From assembly GCF_000025685.1 (NCBI RefSeq), contig NC_013967.1:480001-512000 (forward strand): 32,000 bases of DNA, read 5' to 3'. Below the pieces are notes generated by a model, which saw only the letters and a list, made by a program, of their open reading frames with translations, was not told the DNA's origin and did no database searches. Positions 25,082 through 32,000 of the stretch are shown one piece after another (position 1 is the stretch's first letter; every line of letters begins with the position of its first letter). The stretch is from Haloferax volcanii DS2. GTDB lineage: Archaea > Halobacteriota > Halobacteria > Halobacteriales > Haloferacaceae. The position numbers and the translations under genes are program-made.

Positions 25082-26152
25082 ATGGTCGATGACAGTCCGA
25101 CCATGGACGACCGGGAACTCGCCGACCTCCTGGAGCAGTTCGGGCTCTCAGAGAAGGTCGTCGACACGTATCTGACTCTGCTCGAACTCGGGGAGGCGAA
25201 GGCGAGCCAGATCGCCGACGCGGCGGGCGTCTCCAAGCGCTACGTTTACAGCGTGAGCAAGGAACTGGAATCGCGCGGCTTCGTGGAGGTCAACGACCAC
25301 GTCGTGCCGACGACGATTCGGCCCTTGCCGCCGATGGAGGTCATCGAATCGCTCTCCGAGAGCGTCGAATCCATGCGCCCCGCGCTGGAGGAGCGCTACA
25401 CGGCCACCGCCCGGGACCAAGAGCGCTTCGAGGTCATCAAGTCCCGCGTGACGGTGCTCAAGCGCATCGGAGAACTCGTCGGCCGCGCCGAGTCCGAAAT
25501 CACGCTGTCGCTCCCCTACGACGTGCTCGACGAGGTCGAAGACGAACTCCGGGCGGCCCGCGAGCGCGGCGTCCTCGTCTCGCTCGTCGTCAGTGGCGTC
25601 GAACCGCACGACGACCTCGCGCTCGACGGCGTGGCCTCGCTGGTGCGCGTCTGGCACGAACTCATGCCCACGATGCTCACCGTCGATTCGCGAACGGGCC
25701 TCATCTCCCCCGGCGAGATGGTCGCCCGGTCGAACTCCGAGTCGCAGGCCATCGTCTTCGCACAGCCACACCTCGGTCCGGTCATCGTCGGCTCCTTCTT
25801 CGGGAACTACTGGCCGATGGCCGCCGAGGCGTACACGACCGACCCCGACCCGCTCCCGGCGATGTACCACAACTTCCGCCACGCCGTCCTGCAAGCCGCC
25901 CTCTGCGAGCGCGCGGGCATCGACCTCGACGTGACCGTCAGCGGGCGGATGGTCCACACCGACGGCCCGACCGAACTTCACGGCCGCGTGGTGGACATCC
26001 GGCAGGGTCTCCTCGAACCCGCGAACAACTCCTTCCCGGTCGAGAACGCCTTCGTCGTCGAAACTGACGAGGGCACCTACAGCATCGGCGGACAGGGCGC
26101 GTTCGTCGAGGACTTCGAGGCCGACGCGGTGGAGTTCACGGCGGCCGAGTAG
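25082..26152 (+). CDS. trmB: TrmB-family sugar-responsive transcriptional regulator
   Basis: The N-terminal wHTH is LEQFGLSEKVVDTYLTLLELGEAKASQIADAAGVSKRYVYSVSKELESRGFVEV, with a C-terminal effector domain. The start lies 5 nt after the amylase stop. An alternative ATG is at 25103. Confidence 0.88.
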   Translation: MVDDSPTMDDRELADLLEQFGLSEKVVDTYLTLLELGEAKASQIADAAGVSKRYVYSVSKELESRGFVEVNDHVVPTTIRPLPPMEVIESLSESVESMRPALEERYTATARDQERFEVIKSRVTVLKRIGELVGRAESEITLSLPYDVLDEVEDELRAARERGVLVSLVVSGVEPHDDLALDGVASLVRVWHELMPTMLTVDSRTGLISPGEMVARSNSESQAIVFAQPHLGPVIVGSFFGNYWPMAAEAYTTDPDPLPAMYHNFRHAVLQAALCERAGIDLDVTVSGRMVHTDGPTELHGRVVDIRQGLLEPANNSFPVENAFVVETDEGTYSIGGQGAFVEDFEADAVEFTAAE

Positions 26153-26242
26153 GCGAGCGCGTCGTGCAGTTCCTTTTCGGCAGTTCGGCTGGCCTTTCTG
26201 ACGCCCGTCTCACCGAGCGACGCCTCGCCGGTCAGCGTCCGT

Positions 26243-26256
26243 GTTTTCTCGAAAAC
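26243..26256. terminator. bidirectional oligo-T palindrome GTTTTC-tc-GAAAAC between convergent trmB and rio2
   Basis: It gives a T4 run on both strands in a 210-bp convergent spacer. Confidence 0.35.
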
Positions 26257-26362
26257 GACATTTCGTATCGCGCAATTTGGTTTATCGGCGTCGAAACCGA
26301 GTCACGACCGGGTCGCTCGGAGACACACGAACAGCGAGAGAAAGCGGAGGGGTCTCGACGGC

Positions 26363-27274
26363 TCAGACGGCGAACTCGTCGACGCTCTCGAACTCGTTTC
26401 CGGCGATAGCGTCGGACAGCGCGTCGATGTCAACCTCGTCGGGCATCTCGCCGGGGTACTTGCGGCGGAAGTAGCCGACGATGTTCTTCGCGTCGCGCGC
26501 GAGGAGTTCGCGGGCGTTGTCGTGGTCGGTCGGGACGGCCTGCGGCCAGTCGAACACCGTGACGCCGCGCTCGCCGACCGCGACGTTGTACTCGGACATG
26601 TCGGCGTGAACGTAGCCGGCCGCGTAGGCGTCGGCCATCTCGGAGAGAATCAAATCGAGGACGCCCGTCACCTGCTCGGATTCGAGCTTCGCCTTGGCGA
26701 GTTCGACGCCGTCGAACTTCGCCATGATGATTGCGTGGCGGTTGTGGTCGACTGGGCGCGGCACCGACACCTCCGGAAAGAGGGTTTCGAGCGCCTCGTA
26801 CTCGCGTTCGGCCGCCTTGCGCGCGGTGTAGAGCCACGAGACGTGGTGGTTCTCGGAGGTGTAGTCGCGCTCGCGGCGCACCTCGCGGAAGTTGGTGTAC
26901 CCCTCGCGGTGGAACTTCAGCGCGAGCGGCTTGAACGACTGCACCTCGAACACGTCGCTTTCTTTGCCGACGCCGAGGGGCGCGCCGAACCCCTGGATGG
27001 TGTCTCGCTGGGCGAACGTCCGGAGGGCGAGCGCGTCGTACCCCTCGACCGTGAGCTTGTACCCCACGTACTGGATGGTCTTGCGCTCGACGAGCTCGCG
27101 GGTCATACAGCGGTCGATGCGGTAGTCGACCTCCTCGGCGGTCAGCCCCGAGTTCTTCGGCAACTTCTCCCGGTTGACCCACTCGCTGAAGCGCATGCCC
27201 TGCTCGACGCCCGAGAGGAGGTAGAAGTCCTCGGGCTCGAGTTCGGCCATGACGCCGGCGACGTTCCGTACCAT
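26363..27274 (-). CDS. rio2: RIO-type serine/threonine protein kinase Rio2
   Basis: An N-terminal wHTH (MVRNVAGVMAELEPEDFYLLSGVEQGM...) is followed by the kinase core GVGKESDVFEV and VHADMSEYNV. The ATG at 27274 is preferred because a TATA-like CTTTTAC (27298-27304, minus sense) lies 27 nt upstream. The track start at 27343 lies upstream of that box. Confidence 0.9.
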   Translation of the reverse strand: MVRNVAGVMAELEPEDFYLLSGVEQGMRFSEWVNREKLPKNSGLTAEEVDYRIDRCMTRELVERKTIQYVGYKLTVEGYDALALRTFAQRDTIQGFGAPLGVGKESDVFEVQSFKPLALKFHREGYTNFREVRRERDYTSENHHVSWLYTARKAAEREYEALETLFPEVSVPRPVDHNRHAIIMAKFDGVELAKAKLESEQVTGVLDLILSEMADAYAAGYVHADMSEYNVAVGERGVTVFDWPQAVPTDHDNARELLARDAKNIVGYFRRKYPGEMPDEVDIDALSDAIAGNEFESVDEFAV

Positions 27275-27474
27275 GCACGTCCGTCCGTCGGCGAGGCGTA
27301 AAAGGCCCGCGAGTCGGCGTATCTCGCCCGCGATAAATCTCATATGACGATACGAAATTCGTGATGTGACGACTCACACCGTTTCGGCGGGAGAGTCTGG
27401 AAGATAGGCACCTCGCCGCAGGGCTACGGGAGAGGTGCGAAGTCTCGAGGATGTATCGTGCATCTCTTCGAGAG

Positions 27475-27678
27475 TTAATCACCAACCACAGCGTCGAGAG
27501 TGGCGAATGTCATCCCAGCAGTAATGCCGTACAAAAGTCCTCTGGAGAGGGGCTGATTCAATACGAATGAGTAGATTAGCCCTCCTACAACGCCGGATGC
27601 GACTAAGTACATAACAAACGCTGTCGGGCGTGAATCAACCCACGAACCAGTACTGTCGCTTGACTCCGGGTCCCCCAT
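27475..27678 (-). CDS. hypothetical small membrane protein (67 aa from ATG 27678; 88 aa if from 27741)
   Basis: The C-terminal half forms two hydrophobic helices (AFVMYLVASGVVGGLIYSFVL and LLYGITAGMTFATLDAVV). Codon usage is atypical (AT-ending codons). A TATA-like GTTATTG (27701-27707, minus sense) lies 26 nt upstream of the ATG at 27678. I recognise no homology. Confidence 0.35.
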   Translation of the reverse strand: MGDPESSDSTGSWVDSRPTAFVMYLVASGVVGGLIYSFVLNQPLSRGLLYGITAGMTFATLDAVVGD

Positions 27679-27809
27679 GTGACAACCGTTCCATACTTGA
27701 CAATAACGGATGAAACCTCGTTGACCGACTTGCACATCCACTGAGCGGCTGATTCAAACAGTAAAACCGAGCAAATAGCTCTCGTGTCAGCCGTCTTCGA
27801 GGCGCGGAT

Positions 27810-28865
27810 TCAGGCCGCGTCGAGGTGGAACTCGACGACCGCGCCCTCGCCGTCGTCGGTCGGGGGAAGGTGGAGTTCGCCGCCGTAGGCCTCCACAATC
27901 CATTTCGAGAGCCAGAGGCCGAGGCCGTTGCCGTGGGCGAGGTCGCTCTCTTCGACGTTCTGCTCGATGAGTTCGCGCTGGTGGTCGGGGATGCCGGGGC
28001 CGTCGTCCGCGATTCGCACGACGACCTCGCTTCCGACGCGCTCGTACGCGATTTCGACCGTCGGGGCGCTCCCGGCGTGTTCGAGGGCGTTGTCGACGAT
28101 TTCGCGGAACGCGATTTGCAGCTTCTTCCCGCCGACGACCGCCGCGGAACCGTCGCCGCGGACGGTGATGGTCGCCTCCGGGTTGGCCGCCGAGCGGTCG
28201 TCGACGAGCGGGTCGAGGAGTTCGCGCAGGTCGACCGTCTCGCCTCCGTGGTCGTTGTCGACGAGTTGGGTGACGGTCTTCACTTGGTCGCTCATCGTTC
28301 CGAGGTCGTCGCCGGTCGCTTTCAGTCGCTGGCCGATGCGGACGGTCTCGTCGTCGCCGCCGTCGGTGGCGAGTCGGTCGCCCCAGCCGAGGAGCAACTG
28401 CGCGGTGTGTCGGAGGTTGTGGCGGACGAGTCGGTTGATGACCGCGGAGCGTTTGTACTGCTCCGAGAGTTCACGGGTCCGAATCCGGCGCACGTCGTTG
28501 AGGCCGATGAGGACGTGCGCGACGGCGCTCACGCCGACGACCACGGCGGCGCTGAAAAGCGGTTCGCTGACCGTCCCGCCCGCGGCCTGCTGGTAGCTCC
28601 CGATGAGCGCGAGGACGAACACGGTGACGGCGACGCCGAGGAGGTTCCAGCCGGCGACGCGGGCGACGTGGCTGGTCTTGAGGTCGCTTCGGTAGACGAC
28701 GGGGCCGACGGCGACGAAGAGCACGGAGATGATGAGGCCGAAGGCCGCGGCGACGAGGCCGGCGAGGTCGGATGCGACCGAGGCGACGCTGTTCGAGACG
28801 ACGACGAATAGGGCCACTCCGGTGAGACTGAGTGACCCCGCGCTAACGAGACGAGAGACGTTCAC
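27810..28865 (-). CDS. membrane-bound sensor histidine kinase (351 aa, GTG start)
   Basis: About 4 N-terminal TM helices are followed by the H-box region RLVRHNLRHTAQ. The HATPase_c motifs EIVDNALEHA, DDGPGIP and GNGLGLWL are present. A TATA-like GTTATTAG (28887-28894, minus sense) lies about 25 nt upstream. No response regulator is adjacent. Confidence 0.88.
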   Translation of the reverse strand: MNVSRLVSAGSLSLTGVALFVVVSNSVASVASDLAGLVAAAFGLIISVLFVAVGPVVYRSDLKTSHVARVAGWNLLGVAVTVFVLALIGSYQQAAGGTVSEPLFSAAVVVGVSAVAHVLIGLNDVRRIRTRELSEQYKRSAVINRLVRHNLRHTAQLLLGWGDRLATDGGDDETVRIGQRLKATGDDLGTMSDQVKTVTQLVDNDHGGETVDLRELLDPLVDDRSAANPEATITVRGDGSAAVVGGKKLQIAFREIVDNALEHAGSAPTVEIAYERVGSEVVVRIADDGPGIPDHQRELIEQNVEESDLAHGNGLGLWLSKWIVEAYGGELHLPPTDDGEGAVVEFHLDAA

Positions 28866-28913
28866 GGTTCGTTGACTCTCCTAGTGCTAATAACGCTTCT
28901 CTGAAACGAGTTG

Positions 28914-29564
28914 TCACTCGGCGTTGACGCGGTAGGGGAGCCCCTCGGGGTCGAAAACGCCGTCGGCGTCGCACTGCGCCGACACCGGACCGACGGTCGC
29001 CTCGCTGTCGGTCGGATACCACGGGCGGCCGACCGGCGAGACGACGAATCGGGCGTCTCGGTCGCCGACGAACACGAGGTCGCCGCCCTCGAACGACTCC
29101 AGCGGCTCGATGCCGAGCGCCTCGGTCAGCGAGGCCACGAACGACGCCACGTCGGGGACGGCCATCCCGACCTCGGTCGCGCCGCGGAGGTCGGTCGCCG
29201 GGTCGAATTCCCCGGTGGCGTCGCCGTCGTAGCAGACGTACTCGATGACGTTGCCTTCGGGGTCCTCGAAGTAGACGGAGTCGCAGCCGAGGAAGTCGAA
29301 CCGGACGCTCGGCCCCTCGTCGGTGTCGAGCACGTCCACGCCCGCTCGGTCGTCCAGCCACGCGACCACGGAGTCGACCGCGGCGGCGACGGTGAACGCG
29401 AGGTGGCCGGGGTCGGTGTCTCCGAGTTCGAACCACAGGGTCGTCTCCCCGGCGGTCGCAGAGCGCTGCGACCCGGGAACGGCCGCGAAGCCGAGCGTCT
29501 CGACGTAGAACTCACACAGCGAGATGGGGTCTGTCGCGGCGAGGGCGACGCGGGTGAACTTCAT
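28914..29564 (-). CDS. VOC (glyoxalase/bleomycin-resistance/dioxygenase) superfamily protein, two-module
   Basis: The sequence contains MKFTRVALAATDPISLCEFYVETLGF...HLAFTV...SVYFEDPEGNVIEY. A second module follows (EVGMAVPDVASFVASLTEALG...). A TATA-like GTTAAAC (29587-29593, minus sense) lies 26 nt upstream. Confidence 0.75.
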   Translation of the reverse strand: MKFTRVALAATDPISLCEFYVETLGFAAVPGSQRSATAGETTLWFELGDTDPGHLAFTVAAAVDSVVAWLDDRAGVDVLDTDEGPSVRFDFLGCDSVYFEDPEGNVIEYVCYDGDATGEFDPATDLRGATEVGMAVPDVASFVASLTEALGIEPLESFEGGDLVFVGDRDARFVVSPVGRPWYPTDSEATVGPVSAQCDADGVFDPEGLPYRVNAE

Positions 29565-29722
29565 GGTCCCACGTCACCGCGATGCGGTTTAACGGAATCG
29601 CTCGCGTCGGCAGCGCCGGTTGCGTCGGCGGGCGCTCGGCGGAAGACCGTCGCGGCGAGACCGGGCGGCCCCGCGCGGCCGAGCGTCGAAATCGCTTTCC
29701 CCCGGTTGGACGAAGCCGACGT

Positions 29723-30550
29723 ATGAACGATTCGCAGGGGTCGATTGCCGACCGCGAGTGGCGGGTGATTCGCGAGGAGGTCCGACCGGGACCGATGCAG
29801 ATGGCGCTCGACGAGGTCGCGGGCGAGACGGCCGCGGCGGGCGGCCCCCGGACCGTCCGCGTCTACTCGTGGGTGCCGAGTTGCCTCTCGCTGGGCTACG
29901 GACAGGACCCCGAGACGGTCGACTGGGACTACTGCGACCGCGAGGGCATCGACGTGACCCGCCGACAGACCGGCGGCGGCGGCATCTACCACGACCGCCA
30001 CGGCGACGTGGCCTACTCCATCGCCGCGCCGAAATCGGAGCTCCCGGGCGACCTCATGGACTGCTATCACCTGCTGTGCGAGCCGATTCTGGACGCGATT
30101 CGCGCGGTCGGCGTGGACGTGAACTTCGTCGACGACGACGTGCCCGTCATCTGGCACCCCGCGTGCTATCTGCGGGCGCTCCACCCCGCCCACGATATGG
30201 TCGCCGCGGGCCGGAAAGTCGCGGGCAACGCCCAGTACCGCCGCCGCGACGCCGTCGTCCAACACGGCTCGCTCACCTACTCGGTCGACGCCGAGACCCA
30301 CCTCGGCGTGTTCGAGGGCCACGACGTGACGCCCGAGGCGTTCCGCGAGCGCGTCGTCGGCATCGACGAACTCGCGGACGCCTCCCGCGAGGCGTTCGTC
30401 GCGGCGCTGACCGAGTCGCTCTCGGAGTTCGTCGACGCCGAGGAGGGCGCGTGGACCGACGACGAACTCGACCGCGCGCGCGAGAAAGTCGACGAGAAGT
30501 ACCGCGCCGACGACTGGGTGCGCCGCCGGCCGGGGTCGCGGTCCGACTGA
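29723..30550 (+). CDS. lipoate-protein ligase A family (BPL/LplA/LipB catalytic domain) protein, 275 aa
   Basis: VRVYSWVPSCLSLGYGQD, RRQTGGGGIYHD and the GRKVAGNAQ lysine motif are present. The track ORF start (29582) is over-extended by 47 codons. Confidence 0.85.
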   Translation: MNDSQGSIADREWRVIREEVRPGPMQMALDEVAGETAAAGGPRTVRVYSWVPSCLSLGYGQDPETVDWDYCDREGIDVTRRQTGGGGIYHDRHGDVAYSIAAPKSELPGDLMDCYHLLCEPILDAIRAVGVDVNFVDDDVPVIWHPACYLRALHPAHDMVAAGRKVAGNAQYRRRDAVVQHGSLTYSVDAETHLGVFEGHDVTPEAFRERVVGIDELADASREAFVAALTESLSEFVDAEEGAWTDDELDRAREKVDEKYRADDWVRRRPGSRSD

Positions 30551-30604
30551 GCGGCCGCCGACAACTCCGAAGTCCCTTTGTTCGGGTACGCCGTCGGACT
30601 CTGC

Positions 30605-31480
30605 ATGCAAGTCGGCGCACACGTCTCGATGTCCAGTTCGAAGGTCTCGTCCGACGACGAGACGCCACCGCACGGTAACGTCGCCAACGCCGTCTTCCGG
30701 CAGGTCGCCTTCGGCGGCAACTGCGGGCAGATTTTCACCACCTCGCCGCAGGTGTGGCGCGACCCCGACATCTCCGACGAGGAGGCCGAACTGTTCCGCG
30801 AGCAGACCGCCGACAAACTGTCGGGGCCGTGGGTCATCCACTCGTCGTACCTCGTCAACCTCTGTACGCCCAAAGACGGCCTCCGGCAGAAGTCGCTGGA
30901 CTCGATGCAGACGGAGGTCGACATGGCCGACAAACTCGGCATCGAGTACGTGAACGTCCACCTCGGCGCGCACACCGGCGCGGGCGAACAGCAGGGCCTC
31001 GACAACGCCGTCTCCGTCCTCGACGACCTCGACATCCCCGACGGCGTCACCGTCCTCATCGAGTCTGACGCGGGGTCGGGCACGAAGATGGGCGACGACC
31101 TCGCCCACCTCGGCTACGTCCTCGAAGAGTCCGACCAGGACCTCGACGTCTGTCTCGACACCGCCCACGCGTTCGCCGCGGGCTACGACCTCTCGACGGC
31201 CGAAGGCGTCGACGAGACGTTCGCGGAACTCGACGCCGAGGTCGGCTTAGAGCACCTCAAGTGCGTCCACCTCAACGACTCGAAACACGAGTGCGGGACG
31301 AACAAGGACGAACACGCCCTCATCGGAGAGGGCCTCATCGGCGAGGAGGGCATGCGCGCGTTCATCAACCACGACGCCATCGTCGACGACGACGTGCCGC
31401 TCGTCTTGGAGACGCCCACCGAGGACGGCAAGGGCTTCGCGTGGAACATCGAGCGGGTGCGCGAACTCCGCGCCGACTGA
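30605..31480 (+). CDS. nfo: deoxyribonuclease IV / AP endonuclease IV
   Basis: [45 protein letters not shown] and LVLETP are present. The start was chosen at MQVGAHVS, the typical Endo IV N-terminus. Confidence 0.93.
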   Translation: MQVGAHVSMSSSKVSSDDETPPHGNVANAVFRQVAFGGNCGQIFTTSPQVWRDPDISDEEAELFREQTADKLSGPWVIHSSYLVNLCTPKDGLRQKSLDSMQTEVDMADKLGIEYVNVHLGAHTGAGEQQGLDNAVSVLDDLDIPDGVTVLIESDAGSGTKMGDDLAHLGYVLEESDQDLDVCLDTAHAFAAGYDLSTAEGVDETFAELDAEVGLEHLKCVHLNDSKHECGTNKDEHALIGEGLIGEEGMRAFINHDAIVDDDVPLVLETPTEDGKGFAWNIERVRELRAD

Positions 31481-31531
31481 GGGTGAGCCGAGGCGGAGGG
31501 CCGCTGAGCCCCGCATCGACCGTTTCGACTG

Positions 31532-31537
31532 TTTTTT
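31532..31537 (+). terminator. oligo-T (T6) terminator after nfo
   Basis: ctgttttttggg lies about 52 nt after the stop. Confidence 0.45.
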
Positions 31538-31606
31538 GGGTCGCCGCGCCCGACTCCGCGTGTGCGACGTTTCTCCGAATCGTACCTCCGGCGGACGCGA
31601 GACGGT

Positions 31607-32000
31607 ATGTGGGACGACTCCCGCGCGGCCCTCGGGGACCTCGACCTCGGCGGGCGGACCCGCATCCTCGACGTGGGCTGCGGGACCGGCGAGTTCACGC
31701 GCGTCCTCGCGGAGGCCTCGGAGGCCCGCGTCGTCGGCGTCGATGCCGACACTGACTTGCTTTCTGTCGCCAGCGACCGCGACAGCGATATCGAGACGGT
31801 CGCCGGCGACGCGACCCGGCTTCCCTTCGCCGCAGGCAGCTTCGATTTGGTCGTCTGTCAGGCGCTCCTCGTGAACCTCCCCGACCCGACAGCGGCCCTC
31901 TCGGAGTTCGCCCGCGTTTCGTCGGACCTCGTGGCGACGGTCGAACCCGACAACGCCGCCGTCGGCGTCGACTCGACCGTCGAATCCGAGGCCGCGCTCG
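31607..32000 (+). CDS. class I SAM-dependent methyltransferase, N-terminal part (runs off the right edge)
   Basis: Not in the ORF track because it is open-ended. My translation is MWDDSRAALGDLDLGGRTRILDVGCGTGEFTRVLAEASEARVVGVDADTDLLSVA...LPFAAGSFDLVVCQALLVNLPDP. This includes motif I (DVGCGTG) and a post-I acidic residue. Confidence 0.8.
   Translation, partial: MWDDSRAALGDLDLGGRTRILDVGCGTGEFTRVLAEASEARVVGVDADTDLLSVASDRDSDIETVAGDATRLPFAAGSFDLVVCQALLVNLPDPTAALSEFARVSSDLVATVEPDNAAVGVDSTVESEAAL

Noticed and set aside
27551-27757. 11-nt direct repeat GGCTGATTCAA at 27551-27561 and 27747-27757. A related gcgtgaatcaa occurs at 27628-27638 and in the IS at 12060-12070.
   Set aside because: By my estimate, one or two such local 11-mer repeats, and over 100 window-wide 11-mer matches, are expected by chance in 32 kb. 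There is no further symmetry or positional logic.
29561-31168. 535-aa minus-strand ORF spanning the lplA-like and nfo genes. The 455-aa plus-strand ORF at 2455-3822, across the mutL/mutS junction, is a similar case.
   Set aside because: Each crosses the boundary between two well-supported genes on the other strand and has low-complexity composition. Both are shadow ORFs.
1-32000. Search by eye for CRISPR arrays, tRNA/rRNA genes, tandem repeats, integrases or attachment sites, and toxin-antitoxin or defence gene clusters.
   Set aside because: No regularly spaced direct repeats, cloverleaf-capable segments or rRNA-like sequence were found. Apart from the single IS, all intergenic regions are short and are explained by promoters or terminators.

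Overview
This is a GC-rich haloarchaeal chromosomal segment. Gene content, gene order and a 270-aa UbaA with the Cys188 active-site context look like core chromosome of Haloferax (volcanii-like). That identification is from memory, not from a search.

I call 25 protein genes, two of them truncated at the window edges, plus one disrupted transposase gene:
- kdgK (partial) and a small membrane protein
- a mutS-mutL operon
- a BasB-like binding lipoprotein with a BasT-like chemotaxis transducer, and a second, cytoplasmic PAS transducer
- a 1464-bp IS110-family insertion sequence
- ubaA, divergent from a single-domain rhodanese
- a 63-aa membrane protein and ribosomal protein L15e
- a maltodextrin/starch locus: ABC substrate-binding protein, two permeases and an ATPase, then GH15 glucoamylase, GH13 alpha-amylase and a TrmB regulator
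- Rio2 kinase, a small low-GC membrane ORF, and an orphan sensor histidine kinase
- a VOC/glyoxalase-fold protein, an LplA-family ligase, endonuclease IV, and a SAM methyltransferase (partial)

I saw no rRNA, tRNA or CRISPR array.

Many long ORF-track entries (up to 995 aa) are GC-driven shadow ORFs antisense to real genes. Several real genes are N-terminally over-extended in the track: ubaA, rhodanese, lplA, amylase, basB, the ABC ATPase and rio2. I reassigned their starts using homology onset and TATA-like boxes 23-33 nt upstream. That spacing is the leaderless pattern seen for most genes here.

I do not see a convincing multi-gene novel system such as a defence island. The most interesting object is the IS110-family element at 12024-13487. 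It has atypically long terminal inverted repeats, an in-frame TGA splitting the recombinase, an outward-facing promoter-like box in its right end, and a structured left end that could encode a bridge-RNA-like guide. All structural and statistical statements are hand-derived from the sequence and need computational confirmation.
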